From the IMG/VR virus record IMGVR_UViG_3300044719_000152: a stretch of DNA of 64,000 nucleotides; one strand, 5' to 3'. The notes below the pieces were generated by a model that was given only the letters and a program-made list of their open reading frames with translations, did no database searches and had not been told where the DNA came from. This document shows positions 9,899 to 18,868 of the stretch, piece by piece. The position numbers and the translations under genes are program-made. The stretch comes from an uncultured virus (IMG/VR IMGVR_UViG_3300044719_000152). Taxonomy: Duplodnaviria > Heunggongvirae > Uroviricota > Caudoviricetes. Position 1 is the stretch's first letter. Every line of letters starts with the position of its first letter.

Positions 9899-10846
9899 AT
9901 GCGACCGACAGCGTTCAGTCCGATCAACTGGGCCAAGAACGTGCCGCCGATGCTGCGCGCCGACGGGCGCGTCGACACCACTGCACATCACGTGCTGCTC
10001 GTGCTGGCCACCTACGCCAAGAAGGACGGCAGCGAGGCCCGCCCCGGGCTCGACCTACTCGCCGACGACTGCTACCTCACGCCGAAGTACGTGTCCGAGG
10101 CGCTCGACCGGATCCAGGCAGCCGGCCTGATCTCGAAGACGGCCTGCCTCACCGGCGGCACCGTGGTGTGGCGGCTGCACCTCGAGGTCGTCAACACCGG
10201 GCCGTCGGTGGTCGACCAGCACCGGGAGCGGCGGCGCCTGGCCGACCGCGAGCGGCAGCGGCGGCACCGCGAGCGGAGGGCTCAGGAGGCCGCCGGTCAC
10301 GGTGCGCCAGACCGTGATGTCACGGTCTCGGAGAGCGTGACAGTCACGGCGCGCGAGGACGTGACGGTCACGGCGTCGCAGGCCGTGAGTCACGGCGCGG
10401 CAGTGCGTGAGTCACGGCGCGGCACGCCGTTTGTCACGGCCCCACAACCGTTACAACCGCAGGTCACCCCGGCTACAACTGCCAGTGAACTGCCAATTGA
10501 ACTGCCAATAGATCTCTCTCCCCCGCCGCCGGTGGCGATCACGACCGCCCAGTTCGACGAGTTCTGGAGGGTCTATCCCAAGAAGGTCGGGAAGAAGGAC
10601 GCCCGCCGCGCCTGGGACAAGGCCATCAAGGACGGGGCCACCGCGGACGAGCTCATCGCCGGCGTGCGTCGCTACGCCGCTGAGCGGGCCGGCCAGGACC
10701 CGACCTACACCAAGCACCCGGCCACCTGGCTCAACAAGGGCTGCTGGGACGACGAGCCCCAGCGGCCCCAGCTGCGCGCCGCCGCCGGCGGCTATCAGCC
10801 CTTCCGGAGCCCGACCGATCACTCCATCTACGACGAGGACCTGTGA
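9899..10846 (+). CDS. phage replication initiator (N-terminal HTH; C-terminal FDEFW..YPKK domain)
   Basis: FDEFWRVYPKKVGKKDARRAW...KHPATWLN; upstream of a DnaC-like ATPase; internal iteron array. Confidence 0.85.
   Translation: MRPTAFSPINWAKNVPPMLRADGRVDTTAHHVLLVLATYAKKDGSEARPGLDLLADDCYLTPKYVSEALDRIQAAGLISKTACLTGGTVVWRLHLEVVNTGPSVVDQHRERRRLADRERQRRHRERRAQEAAGHGAPDRDVTVSESVTVTAREDVTVTASQAVSHGAAVRESRRGTPFVTAPQPLQPQVTPATTASELPIELPIDLSPPPPVAITTAQFDEFWRVYPKKVGKKDARRAWDKAIKDGATADELIAGVRRYAAERAGQDPTYTKHPATWLNKGCWDDEPQRPQLRAAAGGYQPFRSPTDHSIYDEDL
10296..10507. repeat. putative replication origin: 7 GTCACGG iterons at 22-24 bp spacing plus 3 AACTGCCA repeats
   Basis: GTCACGG at 10296, 10319, 10343, 10367, 10389, 10411, 10433; AACTGCCA at 10477, 10488, 10500; inside the initiator gene, as for lambda O. 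Confidence 0.8.
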
Positions 10847-11499
10847 TGCACGAACTCGCGCTGCTCGACCTGATCGACGCCTACCCGGGCCTGGACCCGC
10901 ACTGGGTCGAGACCAACCAGGCCAACGCCGACGCGGCCCTCGCCGACGTGCCGGTCCACTACCGCGAGGCCACCGTCACCGACCCCGGCGTGCGCGCCTG
11001 GGCCGTCGAGCTGTGCCACAGCGCGGCCAAGTCGGCACGGGCGTTCAACCCGATCGTCGCGACAGGACCCTCGCTGCTCCTGCTCGGGCCGGTTGGCACG
11101 GGCAAGACACACGAGTCGTTCGGGGCGATCCGGCAGATCGCCCACAGCGGCGTCGCCGTCAGCTGGGCCGCCATCACCGCCGCCGACCTCTACGCCGAAC
11201 TGCGGCCGAAGGAGCGTGGCAACCCCGAGGCAGCCATGGCCCGCTACCAGAAGATCCCGCTGTTGCTGCTCGACGACCTCGGCGCGGCCAAGACGTCGGA
11301 GTGGACGGAGGAGATCACGTTCCGGGTGATCAACCACCGGTACGAACACCACCTGGCCACGATCGTCACCAGCAACCTCGGCGGCGCGGAGCTCCGCAAC
11401 GGGCTCGGCGAGCGGGTGGCGTCGCGGTTGAGGGAAATGTCCCGCCAGGTGGCGCTGAAGGGTGAGGACCGGCGCCGGGCTCTGCGTCCGGCGGGCTGA
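10846..11499 (+). CDS. DnaC/IstB-like AAA+ helicase loader
   Basis: Walker A GPVGTGKT, Walker B LLLLDDLG, TIVTSN, RVASRL. Confidence 0.92.
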   Translation: MHELALLDLIDAYPGLDPHWVETNQANADAALADVPVHYREATVTDPGVRAWAVELCHSAAKSARAFNPIVATGPSLLLLGPVGTGKTHESFGAIRQIAHSGVAVSWAAITAADLYAELRPKERGNPEAAMARYQKIPLLLLDDLGAAKTSEWTEEITFRVINHRYEHHLATIVTSNLGGAELRNGLGERVASRLREMSRQVALKGEDRRRALRPAG

Positions 11500-11658
11500 G
11501 AGGCGCGCTGGCGGCGTAGCCGGTCTGATCTATCGCGGGCGCGGGTGTTGACGCGCTGACGGCGGTCTGGGGCGGCGGATTGGCCAGCATTTTGCCCACG
11601 GTCGCACTGGCTCGTGGTGTGGTCGGGGTGTGAACCATCGGAAAGATCTCCGCTCGAT

Positions 11659-11696
11659 TGCTTGTTTGTGGCGGCTTGTGGCAGTAGTGTGGCAGT
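11659..11696 (+). promoter_or_regulatory. second copy of the early promoter/operator (TTGTTT-17-TAGTGT)
   Basis: 24-bp identity with 3040-3063; intergenic, upstream of the second early gene cluster. Confidence 0.8.
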
Positions 11697-11732
11697 CGCG
11701 AACAGCTCAGCACCCCAACACCGGGAGCACAG

Positions 11733-12071
11733 ATGGACCCCAAGCCCCACACCCCGCCCTACACGGCCAGCGCCGTCGACCTTGCGTCGGCCGCCGAGCG
11801 CGTTGCGGCTGGCGTCGCCCTCCTCGACCAGAAGCGGCCCGGCTGGGACGCCGAGGTGGACCTCACCTTGCTGCTCCTGGCCTCCTGCGACAGGTGCGTC
11901 CTCGGGCAGTTGTACGGCGACTACAGCCGCGCCACAGATGTCTTCGACGAGGACGACTACCCGGAGCAGTACGGATTCGACCTGTTCGAAGGCGATCCCC
12001 TCACCTACGAGGACCTGACCGCCGAGTGGAAGCGCGTCATCACCGAGCGCCGGCAGGCGGTGGCCCGATGA
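11733..12071 (+). CDS. hypothetical phage protein
   Basis: GGGAG RBS, high GC3. Confidence 0.7.
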   Translation: MDPKPHTPPYTASAVDLASAAERVAAGVALLDQKRPGWDAEVDLTLLLLASCDRCVLGQLYGDYSRATDVFDEDDYPEQYGFDLFEGDPLTYEDLTAEWKRVITERRQAVAR

Positions 12072-12211
12072 GCCTCCCCGACTGGACCGCCGGCGTACGG
12101 GTTGCCCGCGTGTTCTCCGGCATCGGCACCGGCGAGACCTCGTTCGAGGACCTCGCGGACGCCGTCGACGCGGCCAACCGCGAGCGCGAGCAGGACGAGG
12201 AGCGTGCGTGA
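12068..12211 (+). CDS. small hypothetical protein
   Basis: coupled ORF. Confidence 0.5.
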   Translation: MSLPDWTAGVRVARVFSGIGTGETSFEDLADAVDAANREREQDEERA

Positions 12212-12366
12212 TGGCCGACATCGACCTGGACATGCTCGCCTACGACATCGCCGACCTGATCGACCGCAATGGCTACCAGATCGACGTGGCCAGCAGCCAC
12301 ATCCGGGCCGCTCTCCCCGACTTCATCCGCCAGATCCAGCAGAACTCGGCAGGCGACGATGACTGA
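12211..12366 (+). CDS. small hypothetical protein (MADIDLDMLAYD...)
   Basis: GAGGAG RBS, TGATG coupling; below the ORF-track cutoff. Confidence 0.55.
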   Translation: MADIDLDMLAYDIADLIDRNGYQIDVASSHIRAALPDFIRQIQQNSAGDDD

Positions 12367-12907
12367 CCTCAACGCCATCACGTGGCGGCTGAACGCCTAC
12401 GCCGGTCACTGGCTGACCGACGACGACCTCACCGCCGTCACCGACTGGATGGCCGACAACCAGCTCGACCGCGTCACCGCACAGCACCCGGTCACCGTTT
12501 CGCACGGCCAGATCACCTACGGGCAGGACCGCTCACCATCGACCGTCCGAGCCGCACACCGCGACATCGTCACCGTGACGGCGCCGCTGCTGACGGTCCC
12601 GCCGGTGGTGTGGCAGCCGGACTGCGACGAGTCGGCCATGGCACAGCTTCGGAAGGTGTTCGACGAGCACGAGTGGTCGGCCGGGTTCGGCGGTGTCTGC
12701 GTGGATTGCAGCCGGATCGCGGTCGACGAAACCGGGCGCGTGTGGTGCCACCGAGACGACGCCGCGCGCTGGCCGTGCTCTGCGGTCCGGGACGCGTTGG
12801 CCGAGGCCGACATCCCGGTGCCCGGCGAGGAGTTCACGCCTCGTGTCCTCGGCGACTGCTTGGACCCCGACGACAACGCACGGGCCTTCGCGGAGGTGAC
12901 GCGGTGA
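12359..12907 (+). CDS. hypothetical protein with Cys/His cluster
   Basis: CVDC...WCH...WPC; coupled. Confidence 0.65.
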   Translation: MTDLNAITWRLNAYAGHWLTDDDLTAVTDWMADNQLDRVTAQHPVTVSHGQITYGQDRSPSTVRAAHRDIVTVTAPLLTVPPVVWQPDCDESAMAQLRKVFDEHEWSAGFGGVCVDCSRIAVDETGRVWCHRDDAARWPCSAVRDALAEADIPVPGEEFTPRVLGDCLDPDDNARAFAEVTR

Positions 12908-13002
12908 ACACCCGTGACGACTGGGGTCCCGCCGCCCCCGAGGAGTGCGAGCACAACCTCACCGACTGCCCCGTCTGCGCAACGCTCGGAGGCCAGCGAT
13001 GA
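12904..13002 (+). CDS. 32-aa peptide with CxH...CxxC (zinc-binding-like)
   Basis: VNTRDDWGPAAPEECEHNLTDCPVCATLGGQR; GGAGG RBS; coupled on both sides. Confidence 0.5.
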   Translation: MNTRDDWGPAAPEECEHNLTDCPVCATLGGQR

Positions 13003-13316
13003 ACGCGCCAGCGCTCCCGTTGGAGCAGATGCGAGAGGCCGCCGAGAAGCGCGCCATCAGCCGTGTCGACGTCGGCTGGTGGGTGTGCACCTGGGACTAC
13101 GAGACCGAGATCTGGGGTCGCGTCACCGCTTGGCAGGACCTGACCGGGGAGCAGACCGGGAAGAAGTACCGCAGGTTGTTCACCCGTGAGCCGGACGGCA
13201 AGCAGGGCTGGGTGCACACCCTGGCGCATGAGCCGGTGCTGTGCCTGACGAAGGCCGACGCCGCGAAGCTCGGGCTGCGGCAGGAGATCCGCGACATCCA
13301 GGCAGGTGCGCGATGA
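12999..13316 (+). CDS. hypothetical protein
   Basis: coupled ORF. Confidence 0.65.
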   Translation: MNAPALPLEQMREAAEKRAISRVDVGWWVCTWDYETEIWGRVTAWQDLTGEQTGKKYRRLFTREPDGKQGWVHTLAHEPVLCLTKADAAKLGLRQEIRDIQAGAR

Positions 13317-13423
13317 CCTGCCCTGACTGCTACGGCGAACTGGAACAGGTCGACGACACGACCTTGTACCGCTGTTCCGGCTGCGACGCCGAGTTCGACG
13401 AAGACGAACTCGGCGCGCCGTGA
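13313..13423 (+). CDS. small zinc-ribbon protein
   Basis: MTCPDCYG...YRCSGCDAEF. Confidence 0.55.
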   Translation: MTCPDCYGELEQVDDTTLYRCSGCDAEFDEDELGAP

Positions 13424-13638
13424 CTACGCCGGCGGAGCCTGCGAGACCGCGCCTGCTGCTCGACGTCGCCACCGAACTGGAGCAGCTCCGCAAGCATCGA
13501 CAGCTCCTCGAACGCCAACAGCTGCACCAGTCGACCGGGCCAATCCATCAGCTGATGGAGACGGCCCGCGAAATCCAAGACACCAAAGTCGTTGAGCGCT
13601 GGCTTGCCCGGCAGCTCCGCAACACCGGAGGACACTGA
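13420..13638 (+). CDS. hypothetical protein
   Basis: coupled ORF. Confidence 0.55.
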   Translation: MTTPAEPARPRLLLDVATELEQLRKHRQLLERQQLHQSTGPIHQLMETAREIQDTKVVERWLARQLRNTGGH

Positions 13639-13775
13639 TGCCCAGCTACCGCAAGGACTACGGCCCGCAGGGCTGCTTCCAGCAGGGCGGCACCTCGCTG
13701 CTGTTCCTGGCCACGCTGTTCGCCGCCGTGCTCACGCTGGTCCGGCCGAACCGGAAGCGGGGTGCGTCGAGGTGA
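13638..13775 (+). CDS. 45-aa membrane peptide (DYGPxGC + TM + basic tail)
   Basis: MPSYRKDYGPQGCFQQGGTSLLFLATLFAAVLTLVRPNRKRGASR; GGAGG RBS; not in ORF track. Confidence 0.65.
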   Translation: MPSYRKDYGPQGCFQQGGTSLLFLATLFAAVLTLVRPNRKRGASR

Positions 13776-14284
13776 CCACCGAGCACCCCAACTACGGCAC
13801 CTGCACCGGCTGCACCCAGTCCAAGGGCGTCAAGACGAACGGCCGGATCAAGCGGCACAACCGCACCAACGGCTACGGCTCCTGGCAGATGACCGTCGAG
13901 TGCCCCGGATCCGACCGCCCGTACGCCGAGCAGAACCGCGAGCAGTGGGACGCCGGGCAGGGCCGCTGGAAGGAAATGCCGCTCGAGGTCGAGGCGACCC
14001 TGCACGTGGACGGCAAGGAGCAGCCGCACATCGTCGAGGTGCACCCGTTCCCGGACGTGAAGGCCGGGCACAAGCTGTTCGGCGAGCGCAGCATGACGTT
14101 GCACCTGCACCTGCTGGAGCGCGGCGGTTACGCGAACACGTTCCGCGTCGAGCTGCGCGACGCCGAGGGCACCATCGTCAACTCCGAGCAGGAGCGCGAC
14201 GACGGCGGCCTCAACGGCCTGACGCTGCGGTGGATGGCGGACCTGGCCAAGGACACCGCCGACGCCTCTGGCGGTGCGCGATGA
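13772..14284 (+). CDS. hypothetical protein with CxxC...H...C zinc-like N-terminus
   Basis: GTCTGC...IKRH...CPGS. Confidence 0.65.
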   Translation: MTTEHPNYGTCTGCTQSKGVKTNGRIKRHNRTNGYGSWQMTVECPGSDRPYAEQNREQWDAGQGRWKEMPLEVEATLHVDGKEQPHIVEVHPFPDVKAGHKLFGERSMTLHLHLLERGGYANTFRVELRDAEGTIVNSEQERDDGGLNGLTLRWMADLAKDTADASGGAR

Positions 14285-14652
14285 CCGCCGAGGCGTGGCC
14301 GGCCGAGCGGGACGCGGCCGTCGCACTCCTCAACAACGCCGCCACCGTCATCGAGGCTCTCGGTTCGCGGGCCACCCAGGGTCGTTGGGAGATGTGCGGA
14401 ATCGGCGACTTCGGCTGGACCGTCCACTGCCTCGAAGGCTCCTTCAGCGTCGAGACCGAGGACAGCGAGCAGGGCCGCGCCGACGCCGCGTGGATCGCGC
14501 TGGCGGCACCGGCCATCGCCCCGTTCCTCTCGGGTTGGCTGCGCAAGGTCGCCCAGATCGCCGCCACCCAGGAACGCCGCGAGGACTTCCAGGTCTACGT
14601 CGACCGGAAAGCGATCGGCCTCGCTGGGCACGTGATGGCGGTGGTCCAGTGA
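14281..14652 (+). CDS. hypothetical phage protein
   Basis: ATQGRW...ADAAWIALAAP motif, common in phage early genes. Confidence 0.65.
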   Translation: MTAEAWPAERDAAVALLNNAATVIEALGSRATQGRWEMCGIGDFGWTVHCLEGSFSVETEDSEQGRADAAWIALAAPAIAPFLSGWLRKVAQIAATQERREDFQVYVDRKAIGLAGHVMAVVQ

Positions 14653-14897
14653 CCGCCGTCCTGCCGGAGCCGGTCACCGTGTCCGAACTGGACCGGCTGC
14701 GCCGCGAGAACGACAACCTCCGCGCGATGAACACCGCGCTCCTCGACGAGCTCGTTGCTCACGACCTCGTCGCCGCCCGCAATCACGCCGAACACCCCCG
14801 CACCGCCGAGCAGCTGGTGCGCATCGCCGACGAATCCCGCGAGCGCCACACGCGGCTCGCACTCAACGTCATCGCCGCCAAGGAGCAGAACCGATGA
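14649..14897 (+). CDS. hypothetical coiled-coil protein
   Basis: coupled ORF. Confidence 0.6.
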   Translation: MTAVLPEPVTVSELDRLRRENDNLRAMNTALLDELVAHDLVAARNHAEHPRTAEQLVRIADESRERHTRLALNVIAAKEQNR

Positions 14898-15310
14898 GCA
14901 GCAACAGCCAGATCGCCGCAGCCGCCGCGCGCATCGCCAGCGACCTCGCCCAGTACGACCACCTGCCCGCGCCATCCTGGCTGTCCATCGGAGCCAGCGG
15001 CAGGAACTGGATGAACTTCATGCTCATCGGCGGCGACCCCTACGCCGAGTTGCGCGCCGTGTGCGCGTGGGCCGCCGAGTTCGACGTGTTCATCAACGTC
15101 AGCCTGTCCTTCGGCGGTGGCGGCGAGGCCACGGTCGACGTCGACCTCGGCGGCGAGACAGTCCAGTGCAAGGCCAGCGTCAACAGTGCCCACGCCTACG
15201 AGCTCGGCCGCAAGCTTGGGCAGCCGCTGACCAAGAACGCCCTCCGCATCAGCGGCCCCGACCTGTTGGCCGCTATGACCGCCGACGGCGAGAAGACGGC
15301 GGTGGCGTGA
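14894..15310 (+). CDS. hypothetical protein
   Basis: AAGGAG RBS, coupled. Confidence 0.7.
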   Translation: MSSNSQIAAAAARIASDLAQYDHLPAPSWLSIGASGRNWMNFMLIGGDPYAELRAVCAWAAEFDVFINVSLSFGGGGEATVDVDLGGETVQCKASVNSAHAYELGRKLGQPLTKNALRISGPDLLAAMTADGEKTAVA

Positions 15311-15738
15311 TGTCCGACACCGTCAAGCCCAACCAGCTATGGAAGTCCAACGACGACAGCGCGCCCCGCACTGTCCGCGTCGTCACCACCGACTGCCGCT
15401 GGGCCGAAGTCCGCAACACCGACACCGGCCGTGTCTCCCGCATCGACCTGTCCCGCTTCACCCGCAAGGGCCGCACCGGCTGGACCTACGTTGGTGAAGC
15501 CGACACGCCGCTCCCAGCCGAGCCGACCGTGCAGGTCGGCCAGATCTACCAGGACCGCTACGAGGAACGCCACGGACGCACCCGCTACCTCCGTGTCGCC
15601 TCGGCTGGTTCCAGCCGGGCCCGCTGCATCTCCTGGTACGAGAACTCGAGCACGCACGATCGTGAGACGAATCTGGCGTTCACGACGCTGCTCGGCCCGG
15701 GCTACCGGCTCGTGTCCGAACCGGACGGCGGTGCGTGA
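15310..15738 (+). CDS. hypothetical protein with two tandem SH3-like beta-barrel repeats
   Basis: VKPNQLW...RTVRVV...GWTYVGE and VQVGQIY...RYLRVA...GYRLVSE. Confidence 0.6.
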   Translation: MSDTVKPNQLWKSNDDSAPRTVRVVTTDCRWAEVRNTDTGRVSRIDLSRFTRKGRTGWTYVGEADTPLPAEPTVQVGQIYQDRYEERHGRTRYLRVASAGSSRARCISWYENSSTHDRETNLAFTTLLGPGYRLVSEPDGGA

Positions 15739-16001
15739 TGTACGAGTCCCGCGCCTACGACAAGCCCGGCGACGCGTTCGGGCCGGAGCCGGTCGTCGTC
15801 CTCGTCGCAACCGGAACCCACGACGTCAGCCGGCTGGTGAACCTGCTCTCCGGAGGCCAGCCGGTCATCGAGCAGTTGGAGCTGGGCAAGCGGATCCGCG
15901 AGCAGGTCAAGCGCCACAACGGCGGCCAGGCCGCGCTGAAGCTGTTGCGCGACCACGGCGGCCCCGACTTCACCGACGACGAGCAGAAAGCGGGCGCGTG
16001 A
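15738..16001 (+). CDS. hypothetical protein
   Basis: TGATG coupling. Confidence 0.65.
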   Translation: MYESRAYDKPGDAFGPEPVVVLVATGTHDVSRLVNLLSGGQPVIEQLELGKRIREQVKRHNGGQAALKLLRDHGGPDFTDDEQKAGA

Positions 16002-17125
16002 TGTCCGAGCAGCAGAACGGTGTCTCGTCGGGTACGGCCGGCGGGGCGGCCGCCCCCGACCCGATCGGCACCGTCCGAGCCGTCGACGGCGTGGTGTTCG
16101 TACTCGGCCACAACCCGGACTACGGCCGCCGCTGGTGGCCGGTCGAGGGCGGCGGCCAGTACGAGGACGGGGAGAACTGGCGGCAGGAGAGCCGGCCCGT
16201 GATCGGGGCGGTGTCCGGCACGCCAGCGGCGCGCGGCCAGCGCGGCGAGTTGGCCGAGATCCGGGCGAAGCTCGCCGAGGTCCACGACGCCGCCCAGTAC
16301 GACGACATCAGCACCGTGCGCGCGGTGGAGATGCTGGCCGAGCAGCGGGACAGCATGATGGCCGGCTGGGGACGCTGCCACGCCAAGCACATCGCGCAGC
16401 GCGACGAGGTCGCGCAGCTGCAGCAGCGTCTCGACGAGCACCTCGCCGACGAGAACAGTGCCCAGGCCGCCAACGACCGGCTCCGCGACGAGATCCAGAA
16501 CCTGAACGCCGGACACGAGGCCACCCTGCGGTTCATCACGCTGCGCCTCGCCGACATCCTCGACACCAGCGAAGAGACTCCGCTTACCGATCTGCTCGAC
16601 ATGGTGCAGGGCGTCGCGGATGCGCGCGACGAGTTCCAGCAGGAGTGGCACCGCGCCGACGCCGAGGTCACCCGGCTCAAGCGGCTCGTCGGCAACGAGA
16701 ACATCCCCTACGACGGCTGGGACGGTCTCAGCCGCCAGGACGCCATCGTGCGCTGCGAGGAGGGCTGGCAGGAGTACCGGAAGGTGCGCGACGAGCGGGA
16801 CCGCCTGCGCACCGAGCTCGACCGTGCGCGCGAGCTGCTCGACGGCATCCGACCACGCATCGGCGGCATTGCCGTCGCCCTCGGCATGACGGTCGCGGAA
16901 GCCGCCCCGCCGGCCGAGCCGCGCCGGTGGGTCGCCGGCGACCCCGAGCCCGAGATCGGCACCCGCGCGCTGTTTGCCGACGGAAAGATCCGCACGCGGC
17001 GCGCGAGCGGCTGGCACTACGACGACTGTCCGGCGGATTGTCACATCGTCGTCGCTTCCACCGGCGCCTGGACTGCCATGGTCAACGAGGGCCCGGTCGT
17101 CGAGGTGGTGAGCACCGATGGCTGA
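16001..17125 (+). CDS. coiled-coil hypothetical protein
   Basis: long heptad-rich centre flanked by P.IGT..-containing ends. Confidence 0.7.
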   Translation: MSEQQNGVSSGTAGGAAAPDPIGTVRAVDGVVFVLGHNPDYGRRWWPVEGGGQYEDGENWRQESRPVIGAVSGTPAARGQRGELAEIRAKLAEVHDAAQYDDISTVRAVEMLAEQRDSMMAGWGRCHAKHIAQRDEVAQLQQRLDEHLADENSAQAANDRLRDEIQNLNAGHEATLRFITLRLADILDTSEETPLTDLLDMVQGVADARDEFQQEWHRADAEVTRLKRLVGNENIPYDGWDGLSRQDAIVRCEEGWQEYRKVRDERDRLRTELDRARELLDGIRPRIGGIAVALGMTVAEAAPPAEPRRWVAGDPEPEIGTRALFADGKIRTRRASGWHYDDCPADCHIVVASTGAWTAMVNEGPVVEVVSTDG

Positions 17126-17549
17126 CGCCGGCATCACGAGGATCGACATCAGCGTCCAGATCGCCTGTGCCCGCATCCTGACTGCGAAGGATGGCAGCAA
17201 GTTCCGTGTCGACCAGGCCGACCTCGCCTTCATCCCAGACGGGGACCGCTGGGCCGTGACGTACGCGTTCCTGTCCGGACCCGACGTCGAGCCCAACGGG
17301 GCCCTGTCGGTGATCCGCCGCAACGGCCTGCGCCTGACGCCACCCGACAGCTCCGGCACCATCCCCGAGCGGATCAACGCAGTCCTCGGGGCCTGCATGC
17401 CGGGCGGCCACGGCCGGATCAGCACCGACAGCGACTTCTACGCATGTCCGAAGCCCGACTGCGACACCCCGCGCGACGAGGCCGGCGACTGCCCGGTGCA
17501 CGAGATCCCCCTGCTCCACATCGGACCCGACGGGCATGTGGTGGCGTGA
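17118..17549 (+). CDS. hypothetical protein, C-terminal Cys/His zinc-like motif
   Basis: YACPKPDC...GDCPVH. Confidence 0.65.
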   Translation: MADAGITRIDISVQIACARILTAKDGSKFRVDQADLAFIPDGDRWAVTYAFLSGPDVEPNGALSVIRRNGLRLTPPDSSGTIPERINAVLGACMPGGHGRISTDSDFYACPKPDCDTPRDEAGDCPVHEIPLLHIGPDGHVVA

Positions 17550-17866
17550 TGGCCGAGTTCCCCAAGCGCCGACGTCACGTCAGCCTCGCCCGCTGCCGGG
17601 ACGCCCTCCTGCGCCGCGGCTTCGTCCAGAGCGTGTGGCCCGCTCCCGCCAACCACCAGTGGGTCCTCACCTACGTCCGAGGCGGCAACAAGATCACCGT
17701 CGTCCTCGGCCCGCACCGGGGCCACCCCGCCGTCATCCCCGCCATCTGGGACGGGTGCCGCTGGCGCGCCCGTCACGCCGAGCCGCCCCGTGACAACGTC
17801 GCCGCCGCCCGGCAAGCCCTCGCCCTCTACCACCGAATCCAGACCGCACAGGAGTGTGCAGCATGA
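17549..17866 (+). CDS. hypothetical protein
   Basis: TGATG coupling. Confidence 0.55.
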   Translation: MAEFPKRRRHVSLARCRDALLRRGFVQSVWPAPANHQWVLTYVRGGNKITVVLGPHRGHPAVIPAIWDGCRWRARHAEPPRDNVAAARQALALYHRIQTAQECAA

Positions 17867-18333
17867 CGGACCCGGGACAAGACGTGCGCCTGCACCTGGT
17901 GCCGGTGTCCTTCCGGGATGCCTGCGGCTTCGTCGAGATGCACCACCGCACACACCAACCGCCCGTCGGCTGCAAGTTCGTCACCGGCGTCGCCGACGAC
18001 GACGGCGTACTCCGCGGCGTCGCCATCATCGGCCGCCCCGTCGCTCGACACCTCGACGACGGCCAGACCCTCGAAGTCACCCGCACCGCGACCGACGGCA
18101 CAGCGAACGCCAACTCGATGCTGTACGGCGCCGCCCGGCGAGCCGCGTTCGCGCTCGGCTACACCAAGCTCATCACCTACACCCAGCACGGCGAATCCGG
18201 CGCAAGCCTGCGCGCCGCCGGCTGGCGAGTGATCGCCGAACGGCCAAGCAAACCCGGCTGGGACCGCCCGAGTCGCCCACGACAGGAACTCGGCACCGAG
18301 GGCATCGCCCGGACGCTCTGGGAGGCGTCGTGA
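17863..18333 (+). CDS. XF1762-family protein (Mom-like GNAT fold)
   Basis: FVEMHHRTH, GVAIIGRPVARHLDDG.TLEVTR, NANSMLYGAA, LITYT..GESGASLRAAGW. Confidence 0.8.
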   Translation: MTDPGQDVRLHLVPVSFRDACGFVEMHHRTHQPPVGCKFVTGVADDDGVLRGVAIIGRPVARHLDDGQTLEVTRTATDGTANANSMLYGAARRAAFALGYTKLITYTQHGESGASLRAAGWRVIAERPSKPGWDRPSRPRQELGTEGIARTLWEAS

Positions 18334-18452
18334 CCGCCCAGTTGATTGCCCCGGCTGTCACCGTGTTCCTCGCCATCGCCGCCGGAACCGCACAGGGCTG
18401 GTGGGTCATCCACAACATCCGCATCGACCGCCACCGCAAGGAGAAGCCATGA
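18330..18452 (+). CDS. small membrane protein
   Basis: hydrophobic 40-aa coupled ORF. Confidence 0.5.
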   Translation: MTAQLIAPAVTVFLAIAAGTAQGWWVIHNIRIDRHRKEKP

Positions 18453-18868
18453 CCCTCTTCGCCCACGCCGACACCATCGCCGCCCACCCCGGCCCCGCCG
18501 ACACCACCTTCCCCGCGGCCGACGCCCAGCACTACGGCGTCAAGATCGCCCGATTCTGGGCAGACGACTCCGCAACACGCGTGGTCGCCCTCACCCACGA
18601 CGTACACCGCGCCATCGCCGCCGCCAACCGCTGGTGGCGCGAGGACGAGGCCGGCGAGAACGCACACGAGATCAGCATCGAGTGGGCCGGCTGGTGGCAG
18701 ATCACCCGCGCATGCCAGGAATGCGAGGTCGACGCGTCTCACCGCTGCACGTGGTGGACGCATCCGAACGACTGGTCGCGCACCCAGGCGAAGCACTCGT
18801 GGCGGTACGAGCCGTGCGATCCCGGCGCCGAGAACGCGTTCCCCGTGATCGAACTGGCGGTGCTGTGA
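18449..18868 (+). CDS. hypothetical protein
   Basis: AAGGAG RBS, coupled. Confidence 0.65.
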   Translation: MTLFAHADTIAAHPGPADTTFPAADAQHYGVKIARFWADDSATRVVALTHDVHRAIAAANRWWREDEAGENAHEISIEWAGWWQITRACQECEVDASHRCTWWTHPNDWSRTQAKHSWRYEPCDPGAENAFPVIELAVL

